From positions 1-64,000 of the forward strand of contig NIVC01003590.1 in the NCBI GenBank assembly GCA_002269645.1: DNA of 64,000 nucleotides. Direction: 5' to 3'. The DNA comes from Macrostomum lignano. Taxonomy: Eukaryota. Under the pieces are notes generated by a model. That model did not search any database. It worked only from the letters and a program-made list of their open reading frames with translations, and was not told the origin of the DNA. Both the position numbers and the translations under genes were made by a program. The stretch's first letter is position 1; the number at the start of each line of letters is the position of its first letter. Positions 1 through 11,984 of the stretch are shown here, one piece after another.

Positions 1-67
1 CTAATTATTGGCTGTTATAGTTATTATTTTTGTTCTCGTCTTTTAGCGGATTGCAAAATTCAACAAA

Positions 68-1160
68 TCTGCTAGATTTGGTGCTTAGCTGTTAGATTTG
101 GCGCTTAGCTGTTAGATTTGGCGCTTAGCTGTTAGATTTGACGCTTAGCTGTTAGATTTGGTGCTTAGCTGTTAGATTTGTGCTTATCTGTTAGATTTGA
201 CGCTTAGCTGTTAGATTTGACGCTTAGCTGTTAGATTTGGTGCTTAGCTATTAGATTTGGCGCTTAGCTGTTAGATTTGGCGCTCAGCTGTTAGAATTGG
301 CGCTTAGCTGTTAGATTTGGTGCTTAGCTGTTAGATTTGGCGTTTTTCTGTTAGATTGGCGCTTAGCTGTTAGATTTGGCGCTTAGCTGTTAGATTTGGT
401 GGCTTAGCTATTAGATTTGGGCTTAGCTGTTAGATTTGGCGCTCAGCTGTTAGAATTGGCGCTTAGCTGTTAGATTTGGTGCTTAGCTGTTAGATTTGGC
501 GTTTTTCTGTTAGATTTGGTGCTTAGCTGTTAGATTTGGCGTTTTTCTGTTAGATTTGGCGCTTAGCTGTTAGATTTGGCGCTTAGCTGTTAGATTCGGT
601 GCTTAGCTGTTTGATTTGGCGCTTAGCTGTTAGATTCGGTGCTTAGCTGTTAGATTTGGCGCTTAGCTGTTAGATTTGGTGCTTAGCTGTTAGATTTGGC
701 GCTTAGCTGTTAGATTTGGTGCTTAGCTGTTAGATTTGGCGCTTAGCTGTTAGATTTGGTGCTTAGCTGTTAGATTTGGTGCTTAGCTGTTAGATTTGGC
801 GCTTAGCTGTTAGATTTGGCGCTTAGCTGTTAGATTTGGCGCTTAGCTGTTAGATTTGGCGCTTAGCTATTAGATTTGGCGCTTAGCTGTTAGATTTGGT
901 GCTTAGCTGTTAGATTTGGTGCTTAGCTGTTAGATTTGGTGGCTTAGCTGTTAGATTTGGTGCTTAGCTGTTAGATTTGGCGCTTAGCTGTTAGATTTGG
1001 TGCTTAGCTGTTAGATTTGACGCTTAGCTGTTAGATTTGGTGCTTAGCTGTTTGATTTGGCGCTTAGCTGTTAGATTTGGCGCTTAGCTGTTAGGTTTGG
1101 CGCTTAGCTGTTGGGTTTGGCGCTTAGCTATTAGATATAGCGCTTAGCTGTTAGATAAGG
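68..1160. repeat. Minisatellite, 20-bp GCTTAGCTGTTAGATTTGG(C/T), >50 copies
   Basis: Direct tandem copies. Confidence 0.95.
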
Positions 1161-1769
1161 CACTCATGTACTGTATTACATGCCCATCTGAAGTACGCCA
1201 GCTGAATATCAGACCACTTAACTTGCAGCTTATCTCCACACTGTAGTCATTTTTTGTCCCGTCATAAAATTTCTGCACCACAAAATGCCAGCAGCTTGTT
1301 GAGCCTCCGGAAACCGTCCCGCGCCCGTTTCTTAACCCCTCTCCCCCTGGTCACGTGCCCCCAACCCGCGTTTGCCTGCTGACCAGCCCAGCCCAGCCCC
1401 CCCCCCCCTCATGGCAGGACCTGTCAGCCGAGTGCAGTCGCAGTTTGCCACGGGTGCGGCTGGAATTTTTGCTAACAGAATAATTTTAATCGCGCTTCTT
1501 TTCATTCAATGGCGACTAACTGCCGTCCTGCCCTCTTCTCCCACTGCTGGGTCTCTGCGGACTGCGGGATCTCCCACTATCTGGCCCAAATCATTTTACA
1601 ACCGTTGAGTCTGCGTTTCGTAGAGACAGGGCGGTGCGAGCTGGTACGACACTGCTAAATGTCGGACTGGGCTGTCAATGAGACAACTTCTTCTGTTATA
1701 ATGTATTTGTAGGTGCTTATTGAGACACAGTTGCTTAAGCAAATATGCTCTGTTGGAGAGCTGGAAGGC

Positions 1770-2660
1770 ACCCATTCCAGTGGTGGGGGAGTGCCAATTC
1801 CAGTGCTGGTGGGAGTGCCAATTCCAGTGCTGGGGGAAACGCCAATTCCAGTGCTGGGGGGAGTGCCAATTCCAGTGCTGGGGGAAACGCCGATTCCAGT
1901 GCTGGGGGAAACGCCAATTCCAGTGCTGGGGGAAACGCCGATTCCAGTGCTGGGGGAAGCGCCAATTCCAGTGCTGGGGGAAATGCCAATTCCAGTTGGG
2001 GGAAATGCCGATTCCAGTGCTGGGGGAAGCGCCAATTCCAGTGGTGGGGGAAGCGCCAATACCATTGCTGGGGGGAGCGCCAATTTCAGTGGTGGGGGAA
2101 GCGCCAATTCCATTGCTGAGGGGAGCGCCAATTCCGGTGGTGGGGGAAGCGCCAATTCCATTTCTGAGGGGAGCGCCAATTCAAGTGGTGAGGGAAACGC
2201 CAATTCCATTGCTGGGGAAACGCCAATTCCAGTGCTGGGGGAAACGCCAATTCCAGTGCTGGGGGAAACGCCAATTCCAGTGCTGGGGAAACGCCAATTC
2301 CAGTGCTGGGGGAAACGCCAATTCCAGTGCTGGGGGAAACGCCAATTCCAGTGCTGGGGGAAAACGCCAATTCCAGTGCTGGGGGAAACGCCAATTCCAG
2401 TGCTGGGGGAAACGCCAATTCCAGTGCTGGGGAAACGCCAATTCCAGTGCTGGGGGAAACGCCAATTCCAGTGCTGGGGAAACGCCAATTCCAGTGCTGG
2501 GGGAAACGCCAATTCCAGTGCTGGGGGAAACGCCAATTCCAGTGCTGGGGAAACGCCGATTCCAGTGCTGGGGGAAACGCCAATTCCAGTAATGGGGGGC
2601 ACCAATTCTAGTGCTGGGTGGTGCCAATGCCAGTGCTGAGGGGAGCGCCAGTTCCAGTGC
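1770..2660. repeat. Minisatellite, about 24-bp GGGGGAAACGCCAATTCCAGTGCT
   Basis: Tandem copies with variable G run; source of several spurious ORFs. Confidence 0.95.
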
Positions 2661-3294
2661 ACCAATTTGGATGCCCGTGTACGAAATTTTCCATTCATAA
2701 TAGATAATAAATTTATATTTATATTAAATTTGCATCTCAAAGGCTGCAATGCTCCCTCATCTAAGGGCTGCTGTATCAGGCTACGGACAGATGAATTCTA
2801 ACAAACTAAGTACCCAGAGCTCTTGTGTATTTATTGTCTAAACTGCCTCTGTTCCTGTTTGTCCAAGCTCTTAGAGAAATTAGAACTCGCCGATAGTTTT
2901 AAAACTTGTAACTATTCACTCATAGATGATTCACTGATAGATGATGCAGAGTGCTCAGTCTCTGTGTTGGGACATGAAAATCGGATGAAACTCCCTCTCA
3001 GGCTTAGCAATCTATCCAGTTTCAATTTGGCGTAGGCGGTCGGGTAGTTGCTGCTTCTGCTGTTGCTCTCTTGCCAAGCCCCCTATCAGCCCTGCTCAGC
3101 GGGGCTGGCTACTCAGGCTGAGCTGAGCAAAATTCTACACTGTATGAAGCTCCGCGCAGATGAGGGCAGCCTGCGGGGATCAGCAAAGAGTATGGAGGGA
3201 AGCGGATGCTGAGCAATCCAATTTGCCAAATTGTCATCGCTTTTTTACACGCGGCTTCTAAAAGTGCAGAAAAATATAGATGATTTTTGGGGAA

Positions 3295-3810
3295 TTAAAC
3301 TGATAAAGAATGTATTGATAGCGCAGAGCACAGGGAGTTAAACTGATAAAGAATGTCTTGATAGCGCAGAGCACAGGGAGTTAAACTGATAAAGCATGTC
3401 TTGATAGCGCAGAGCACACGGAGTTGAACTGATAAAGAATGTCTTGATAGCGCAGAGAACACGGCGTTAAACTGATAAAGAATGTCTTGATAGCGCAGAG
3501 CACACGGAGTTGAACTGATAAAGAATGTCTTGATAGCGCAGAGCACACGGAGTTGAACTGATAAAGAATGTCTTGATAGCGCAGAGAACACGGCGTTAAA
3601 CTGATAAAGCATGTCTTGATAGCGCAGAGAACAGGGAGTTAAACTGATAAAGCATGTCTTGATAGCGCAGAGAACAGGGAGTTAAACTGATAAAGCATGT
3701 CTTGATAGCGCAGAGCACACGGAGTTAAACTGATAAAGCATGTCTTGATAGCGCAGAGCACAGGGTAATTAAACTGATAAAGAATGCCTTGATAGCACAG
3801 AGCACAGGAA
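3295..3810. repeat. Minisatellite, about 43-bp AAACTGATAAAGAATGTCTTGATAGCGCAGAGCACAGGGAGTT
   Basis: About 12 tandem copies. Confidence 0.9.
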
Positions 3811-4194
3811 ATTAAACTAAGTTTGGTTAAAATTAAGTTCGGAGCATATAAAAGTGCATCGACTTTCTGGAATTTGGGTCTCCGGTTTTTTCTTAAGAGT
3901 CGGAGACCCCCTGACTCTTTCTGTCTGGAGGTCAATCGAGAACCAGTTGCACTTCCCTGTCGCACTTCCCTGTCTGGGCAGCGGGGAGTTGGAGACTAAT
4001 AAACCAACTTTTAAGCGTCTCCACTGGTGTCTGTCAGAACAGAAAAGCGCTCCTGCACAATGGTGTAACATGCTGTAACATATGCTTTATCGAGGAGAGA
4101 ATGAGAGCGCAACTCCTGAGACTACTAAGCGGGATCGCTGCTCCAAAGCCAAGATAAAACACCTGACACCCACTAGCACTCAGTACGCATTTCT

Positions 4195-4717
4195 GAGGCT
4201 ACCCCATCAGTAGGCTGAGGCCACCCTATCAGCAGGGTGAGGCCTCCCTATCAGTAGGCTGAGGCCACCCTATCAGCAGAGTGAGGCTACCCTATCAGCA
4301 GGGTGAGGCCACCCTATCAGCAGGGTGAGGCTACCCTATCAGCAGGGCGAGGCTACCCTATCAGCAGGGCGAGGCTACCCTATTAGGGTGGGGCTACCCT
4401 ATCAGCAGGGTGAGGCTACCCTATCATCAGGCTGAGGCTACCCTATCAGCAGGGTGAGGCTACCCTATCAGCAGGGTGAGGCTACCTTATCAGCAGGGTG
4501 AGGCCACCCTATCAGCAGGGTGAGGCTACCCTATCAGCAGGGTGAGGCTACCTTATCAGCAGGGTGAGGCCACCCTATCAGCAGGGTGAGGCTACCCTAT
4601 CAGCAGGGTGAGGCCACCCTATCAGCAGAGTGAGGCTACCCTATCAGCAGGGTGAGGCTACCCTATCAGCAGGCTGAGGCTACCCTATTAGGGTGGGGCT
4701 ACCCTATCAGCAGGGTA
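4195..4717. repeat. Minisatellite, 22-bp CTACCCTATCAGCAGGGTGAGG
   Basis: Tandem copies; the unit has an internal dyad ACCCT/AGGGT. Confidence 0.95.
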
Positions 4718-5108
4718 TCATAATGTGAAATAAGGCGCAGGTTCAGCCGTAGTCCTCATTTCCTGTTTGCGTTGAGAAGCTAAAAATTACCAAGGCAATA
4801 AAAAGCTTTAAAGCTTTTCAAAGCAGTAATCAGCTGCGTAAAAAAGCTTTTACAACTATCGAATTCAAGCGCAGACAGAGACGGCCAGTGCATCGATTTT
4901 TGATAACTGATTGATTTTCTGGCCTGGGATCGCATTGCCGCTGCGTTAGTCAGGGATCAGGCAGACCCTGAGCCGGATTACTCTGGCCTTCCTTGTTATA
5001 AAAAGCCTCTGTGTGGAATTAATCGCTTGACTTTTTCTGCTTCCTGGGTTCACTTGCTAAGGCAGCAACACCAGTGTCCTTTGCTGGTAGTGCCAGACAG
5101 TGCTAAAG

Positions 5109-8100
5109 CAACGATTGGCCACCGCCTCCGTTTCCATGGCAGCCGGCCGGCCGCGGCTCCTACTCGGACGCGCTGCACCAGTCCTTCCTGGCCAAGCCGG
5201 TGCGGCACTGGCTGGACCGGCTGCTGGTTGCCAGGCAGCGGGACCCCGCACTCGCTGCTCACCGAGGCGAGCTCAGCTCCGAGTCGGACTCGAACTCGGA
5301 CTCAAATTCCGACTCCGGCTCCGCTGACGATGCCGACCAGCGCCGATTTATCGACGCATTCCGTCAGCGGCACCCGGACAGGCGGGACGCGTACACCTGC
5401 TGGTGCAGCCGCACGGGGGCGCGGCAGACCAACTACGGCAATCGGATTGACTACGTGCTGGGTGAGTGTCTGAGCCTTGCTGTTGAAGAAAGCCGCTTGC
5501 TCCTTGGGGCGAGAGGGGAGACAAGATAGGGGAGAAAGGGGAGACAGGAGAGAAGTAGAGGGAAAAATGAGAGTGGGCGAGAGGGGGGAACGGAAGAAGA
5601 GAGGAGAGAGAGGGAAACGCGAAAGGGGTAGAGGGAGAAAGAGGGAGACGGGAGAGGGCGAGACGTGAGAGGAGAGAGGGGTGAGACGCGAGAGGGGAGA
5701 GGGGAGAGAGAGGGAGATGGGAGAGGAGAGAGAGTTAGAGACACGAGGAGGAGACGTGAGAGGAGAGAGGGGGGGAGACGCGAGAGGAGAGAGGGAGACG
5801 GAAGAGAAGAGAGGGGAGACGGGAGAGGAGAGAGGGGGAGACGCGAGAGGAGAGAGGGAGACGGGAGAGGGCGAGACGGGAGAGGAGATAGAGGGAGACG
5901 GGAGAGGAGAGAGAGTTAGAGACACGAGGAGGAGACGTGAGAGGAGAGAGGGGGGGAGACGCGAGAGGAGAGAGGGAGACGGAAGAGAAGAGAGGGGGAG
6001 ACGGGAGAGGAGAGAGGGGAGACGCGAGAGGAGAGAGGGAGACGGGAGAGGGCGAGACGTGAAAGGAGAGAGGGGGGAGACGCGAGAGGGGGAGAGGGGA
6101 GAGAGAGGGAGATGGGAGAGGAGAGAGAGTTAGAGACACGAGGAGGAGACGTGAGAGGAGAGAGGGGGGGAGACGCGAGAGGAGAGAGGGAGACGGAAGA
6201 GAAGAGAGGGGGAGACGGGAGAGGAGAGAGGGGGAGACGCGAGAGGAGAGAGGGAGACGGGAGAGGGCGAGACGTGAGAGGAGAGAGGGGGGAGACGCGA
6301 GAGGGGAGAGGGGAGAGAGAGGGAGATGGGAGAGGAGAGAGAGTTAGAGACACGAGGAGGAGACGTGAGAGGAGAGAGGGGGGAGACGCGAGAGGAGAGA
6401 GGGAGACGGAAGAGAAGAGAGGGGGAGACGGGAGAGGAGAGAGGGGGAGACGCGAGAGGAGAGAGGGAGACGGGAGAGGGCGAGACGTGAGAGGAGAGAG
6501 GGGGAGACGCGAGAGGGGGAGAGGGGAGAGAGAGGGAGATGGGAGAGGAGAGAGAGTTAGAGACACGAGGAGGAGACGTGAGAGGAGAGAGGGGGGGAGA
6601 CGCGAGAGGAGAGAGGGAGACGGAAGAGAAGAGAGGGGGAGACGGGAGAGGAGAGAGGGGGAGACGCGAGAGGAGAGAGGGAGACGGGAGAGGGCGAGAC
6701 GGGAGAGGAGATAGAGGGAGACGGGAGAGGAGAGAGAGTTAGAGACACGAGGAGGAGACGTGAGAGGAGAGAGGGGGAGACGGGGAGACGGGAGAGGAGA
6801 GACGGGAGACGGGAGAGGAGAGAGGGGAGACGGGAGAGGAGATAGAGGGAGACGGGAGAGGAGAGAGAGTTAGAGACACGAGGGGGAGACGGGAGAGGAG
6901 AGAGAGTTAGAGACACGAGGGGGAGACGGGAGAGGAGAGAGAGTTAGAGACACGAGGGGGAGACGGGAGAGGAGAGAGAGTTAGAGACACGAGGGGGAGA
7001 CGGGAGAGGAGAGAGAGTTAGAGACACGAGGGGGAGACGGGAGAGGAGAGAGAGTTAGAGACACGAGGGGAGACGGGAGAGGAGAGAGAGGAGGAGACGT
7101 GAGAGGAGAGAGGGGGACGCGAGAGGAGAGAGGGAGACGGGAGAGGAGAGAGGGAGACGGATAGGAGAGAGGGAGACGGGAGACGGGAGAGGAGAGAGGG
7201 AGACGGGAGAGGAGAGAGGGAGACGGGAGAGGAGAGAGGGAGACGGGAGAGGAGAGAGGGAGACGGGAGAGGAGAGAGGGAGACGGGAGAGGAGAGAGGG
7301 AGACGGGAGAGGGGGAGACGGAGACGGGAGAGGGGGAGACGCGAGAGGAGAGAGAGAGGGAGACGGGAGAGGAGGAGACGCGATAGGAGAGAGTTAGAGA
7401 CACGAAGGGGGAGACGGGAGAGGAGAGAGAGAGAAAGAGACTGGGAGGCTTTCAGGCCATAGCTCAAGACAGCACTGTCCTGAGGAGGCACCTGGGACTC
7501 GCCTCATAAACGGGTGGCTACTAATGCTGGGTCGATTGTGCCCGCTCGCATTGAAGAGCCTCCAGATGCTTTGCTAGCGTTAGCGGTCCTTGACTCTTTG
7601 TTATCCAATTTTGTTTCCAGTCAGTCACAGCCTGGCGGACCAGCTGCTGGACTGCGACATCCAGCCAGAGGTGTCCGGCTCCGACCACTGTCCGGTGCTG
7701 GCCGTCCTGTCCGACGGCTACCCGCTGTCCGCGCCGCCCGACCAGCCGCTGCCGTCGTTGGCCGCCGCTCGCCTGCCGGAATTCGCCGCCCGTCAGCGAA
7801 GAATCAGCGACTTTCTGGCGCCATGGCGCGGCGCTCAGCAGGCGCCGATGCCACCGGCAAAGCAGGAGCCGCCGCCAGCCTCGCTGAAGAAGCGAAAGCA
7901 GCCGCAGCAGCAGCCGCAGCCGGCAGCGAAGCGGCGCCAGGCCAGCCTGTCTTCATTCTTCGCCAAGCCGACGCCGACGCCGGAGGTCGCAGCGCCGGCC
8001 GCCGACAGCAGCGTTGAGAAGGCCGCCGCGGAATCAGACAGCAACGGCTCAGTCTCAGCATCATCAGCTTCATCAACCGCAGCGTCCAGCAGTCAGCAGT

Positions 8101-8290
8101 GGCGGCAGCTGCTGACCGGACCGGAGAAGCCGCCGCTGTGCCGCGGCCACGGCGAGGCCTGCCTGCTGCGCACGGTGAAGAAGGACGGGCCGAACCGCGG
8201 CCGCCGCTTCTGGGTCTGCCGAGGCCCGAGGGCTCGGCCAAGAATGCCGAGGCTCGCTGTGACACCTTCCTGTGGGTTGCCAAGCGCTGA
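5109..8290 (+). CDS. APEX2: AP endonuclease 2 (EEP domain C-terminal half + zf-GRF), 5'-partial; exons 5109-5461 and 7621-8290; 1-bp frameshift near 8219
   Basis: Exon A encodes [34 protein letters not shown]. Donor G|GTGAGT at 5461/5462 and acceptor TTTCCAG|TC at 7620/7621 are in matching phase 1. Exon B has GSDHCPV, a PIP-like QASLSSFF and GRF zinc finger [27 protein letters not shown], completed by [11 protein letters not shown] in the shifted frame. Confidence 0.9.
5510..7440. repeat. GA-rich compound repeat filling the APEX2 intron
   Basis: Almost purine-only + strand with recurring higher-order blocks (GAGAGTTAGAGACACGAGG...). Confidence 0.95.
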
Positions 8291-8307
8291 CTGAATGTAA
8301 AGGGGCC

Positions 8308-8830
8308 GGCTCTGTCAGCTGTGCTGTCGGTTTGTCAGCTATTCTGTCAGTTTGTCTGTCAGCAATTCTGTCAGTTTGTCTGTCAGCAATTCTGTCAGTT
8401 TGTCTGTCAGCTATTCTGTCAGTTTGTCTGTCAGCAATTCTGTCAGTTTGTCTGTCAGCAATTCTGTCAGTTTGTCTGTCAGCAATTCTGTCAGTTTGTC
8501 TGTCAGTTTGTCTGTCAGCAATTCTGTCAGTTTGTCTGTCAGCTATTCTGTCAGTTTGTCTGTCAGCTATTCTGTCAGTTTGTCTGTCAGCAATTCTGTC
8601 AGTTTGTCTGTCAGCTATTCTGTCATTTTGTCGGTCAGTTTGTCTGTCAGCAATTCTGTCAGTTTGTCTGTCAGTTTGTCTGTCAGCAATTCTGTCAGTT
8701 TGTCTGTCAGCAATTCTGTCAGTTTGTCTGTCAGTTTGTCTGTCAGCAATTCTGTCAGTTTGTCTGTCAGCAATTCTGTCATTTTGTCGGTCAGTTTGTC
8801 TGTCAGCTATGCTGTCAGTTTGTCAGCTGT
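8308..8830. repeat. Minisatellite, 24-bp TGTCTGTCAGCAATTCTGTCAGTT
   Basis: Tandem copies immediately after the APEX2 stop. Confidence 0.95.
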
Positions 8831-8957
8831 GCTGTGAGTTTGTCAGCTCGATGCGCAGCTCTCCCAGCATTTCCTTGCCCAATGAATCCTTCAGTTGGCT
8901 GTAAGATGGTTAATGTCGGTGCATTCGGTTTTCCTGCCTCCCTGACAGCCAGGTGGT

Positions 8958-9030
8958 GTTACACTGTTACATGCTACACTGTTACATGCTACACTGTTAC
9001 ATGCTACACTGTTACATGCTACATGTTACA
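8958..9030. repeat. Short array, 15-bp TGTTACATGCTACAC
   Basis: About 4 copies. Confidence 0.85.
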
Positions 9031-9757
9031 CTCCTTTGAATCTGTAGTCCTCAGACGATCAGTCTGTAAATTGCTGTAAAAATTGAATCATGCACCATGC
9101 TTTTTTAAATTGTTTTTCTCCTACAAACTGGAGTTTCCGATTTAAGTGCGCACTTTGGCGGGAGCTGCAAACTCTTTCGTCTGCGCCTCAGAGTGCGCCG
9201 GGCCAGACTGACGGTGCATTTCTTCTTCTTCTTTTGCAAAAGCAGAAATCGTATATGTGACTTCTATTAGCATCCTGTCTGGTAGTTTCTATTTAGCCGT
9301 TCCGTGGGAACTTGCAAGTTTTTATATTCCGTACTCGGTGACTTGTTTTTAATTTCTTACTGTTTTTTTACAACTCGCAGCGTTTATGCAGTTCCCTCTC
9401 TTAATACCCCAATCTAAAAATTCCCTTAAGGAAATTCCCCCAAATATTGTAACGGATTGATCTCTGCTCAGAAATTACCTCATGTATGACCATCATAGAT
9501 ATTCCTGTGCATGATTCTTAGATAGAAATTCCCTCTTACGAAATTCCCTGCTAAGAATTCCCTGGTAAGAATTCTCCTTTAAAAATTCCCCTGTTGAAAA
9601 TTCCTCCTTACTAAATTCCGTGGTGAGAATTCCCCCTTATTAAATTTCCTGGTGGTAATCACTTACGAAATTCCCTAGTGAGAATTCCCCCTAATGCAAT
9701 TCCCCCAAGGAGCCACTTCAGCCGCTCATCATAAATCAGCTGTCATCGCCAATTCCA

Positions 9758-11570
9758 TTGATGCTGACTCAGCCAGACTCTCCCACCCGGAATTCGCCAC
9801 CGCCGCCACCGCCCCTGACGCGGATGCCGCCGCTGACCCCGGCGACCGGCTGCCGGCTGTGCTCAATATGCGGCGACCGCGCCACGGGCCGGCACTACTC
9901 GGCCTACTCCTGCGAGGGCTGCAAGGGCTTCTTCAAGCGGACGGTGCGCAAGTCGCTGCGCTACACCTGCCGGGATTCGCGGCGCTGCCGCATCGACAAG
10001 CGGCAGAGGAACCGCTGCCAGTACTGCCGCTACATGAAGTGCCTGGCGGCCGGGATGCAGCGGGAGGCTGTGCAGGAGGAGCGGAACCGCCTGGCCGGCG
10101 GCGACCGCCTGGTGGGCCCGAGCGCTGAGGCGCCGAGTCCCGGAGCCGCCACAGCCGCGGCCGCCGCCGACCTGCTGCCGTTGCCGCCGGCCGGCCGGAG
10201 CCGCCGCTGCCGCTCGCCCGTCTCGGGCAGCTTCGCCAGGTCGCCGCTCGAATCCGACGAGCTCCGCCGCCGCCTGCTCGACGCGGAAGCCGCCTGGGAA
10301 GCCGCATCGACTGGCGCTGAGGTGGCGGGGCCCGCGCAGCTGCTGGCCTGGACCGTCTGGCTGCTGCCCGTGGCGCGGCTGCCGCCAACAGACTGGGCCA
10401 GGCTGCTCGTGGCCTGCTGGCGGGAACTGCAGGTAAGCCTCCTAAAAATCGCCCTGGGCTAATAGAAATCGCCCTGAACTAAAAAAAATCGCCCTGAGCT
10501 AATAAAAATCGCCTTGAGCTAACAAAAATCGCCCTGAGCTAATAAAAAATTGCTCTGAGCTAATGGAAATCGCCCTGAGCTAATAAAAAATCGCCCTGAG
10601 CTAACGAAAATCGCCCTCAACTAAAAGAAATCGCCCTGAGCTAATAAAAATCGCCCTGGGCTAATAGAAATCACCCTGAACTAAAAGAAATCGCCCTGAG
10701 CTAATAAAAATCGCCTTGAGCTAACAAAAATCGCCCTGAGCTAACAAAAATTGCCCTGAGCTAACAAAAATCGCTCTGAGCTAATAGAAATCGCCCTGAG
10801 CTAACAAAAATCGCCCTGAGCTAACAAAAATCGCCCTGAGCTAATAAAAAATCGCTCTGAGCTAATAGAAATCGCCCTGAGCTAATAAAAAATCGCCCTG
10901 AGCTAACAAAAATCGCTCTGAGCTAAAAGAAATCGGCCTGAGCTAATAAAAAATCGCCCTGAGCTAACAAAAATCGCCCTGAACTAAAAGAAATCGCCCT
11001 GAGCTAACAAAAATCGCCCTGAGCTGACAAAAAATCGCCCTGAGCTAATAAATCAATCCCCTAACTGTCCCCTAGGTGGCAGCACTGGCCAGCAGCAGTT
11101 CCCCGAGCTGTCAATCAGAGCCCACTGCTCAGCTCGCTGACGCCATTCGTCACCTGCGGCCGGAGCGGCTCGAGCTCGCCTGCCTGAAGGCCGCCGTGCT
11201 GCTCAAGCCGGAGGTGCCGGGCCTCCGCTGCCCGGAGCTCGTGAGCCGAGCCAGGCAGCAGGTGTACCAGACTCTCGAGCTGCACTGCTCAGCGCAGCCC
11301 GGCCGCTACTGCCGCCTGCTGCTGCGGCTGCCGGCCCTCCGTTCCTGCAGCCTCCGCTGCTGCCATCTGCCGGAGCCTCCGCCGCTGTCGCTGCTGGCCG
11401 AAGCCCTCGCCGCCTCCGCCGCAGTCGAGGAAGTTGGCACCGAGCCAGACGCTACCGGCGATGTCGCGGAAGTTGCCGGCGACGCCGAGTTAAGAGAAGA
11501 GAGCTCAGCCTCTTTTATGCCTCATCATGGCAAGAGGATTTGGCTGGAGCAGCTGCGGCGGCAGCCGTGA
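9758..11570 (+). CDS. RXR: RXR/USP-type (NR2B) nuclear receptor with divergent LBD; exons 9758-10432 and 11076-11570
   Basis: [53 protein letters not shown] and T-box REAVQEER are RXR-diagnostic. Donor CAG|GTAAGC, branch CTAAC at 11061, acceptor CCCTAG|GTG, phase 0. LBD remnants [13 protein letters not shown] and [15 protein letters not shown]. Confidence 0.9.
10440..11052. repeat. Minisatellite, about 21-bp AAAAATCGCCCTGAGCTAA(C/T), RXR intron
   Basis: Tandem copies fill the intron. Confidence 0.95.
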
Positions 11571-11984
11571 TGCCGCGGTCTGCCGGGCCTCAGCGGCAGG
11601 TTGCCGGAGCCGGCCGGCACAAAACTGACCGCACTGCTCTCCGCTCCTTTGCCTTTTATATGCATATATTTCTATTTTCCTGAGCGAGTAGTCAGTCGCG
11701 GCTGTTACTGTCGATGTTTAAATTTCTGCGCCAGAGAAAAATTCGCCTTTTCATTTGCTCATCGCCCGCCTTGCTGCTTCTGCTTGTGAGAGTTTTGCTG
11801 TGCTGTGGGATCCCAAATCTACATTGCTTTTTCTAATCCAGCATTTGCTGCCAATGTCCTGCATTGCAGCGAAGGCTGAGCTTACTCAACTTGAGTCCTC
11901 TGCTGCTGATTCCCGAATCTGAGACCCCAATGTCGTGGATTGTGGACTTGAAATAATATGAAATCACTAAATCCATGACTAAAT

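Noticed and set aside
68-1160. CRISPR-like appearance of regular repeats here and elsewhere
   Set aside because: Units are directly tandem with no unique spacers; eukaryotic context; no cas genes.
1655-2749. Multiple 100-360 aa ORFs on both strands
   Set aside because: Translations of the 24-bp array lacking stops; not genes. The same applies to ORFs at 5302-7491, 8272-9079, 24583-25711, 37979-39670, 48494-49612 and 59729-60076.
3040-3212. Hydrophobic stretch LLLLLLLSCQAPYQPC resembling a signal peptide
   Set aside because: No start codon or supporting splice structure; short.
3865-3912. AATTTGG followed by hairpin GGGTCTCCG..CGGAGACCC (Sm-site/snRNA or SL-RNA-like)
   Set aside because: No recognisable 5' snRNA or SL domain; a 9-bp stem alone is insufficient.
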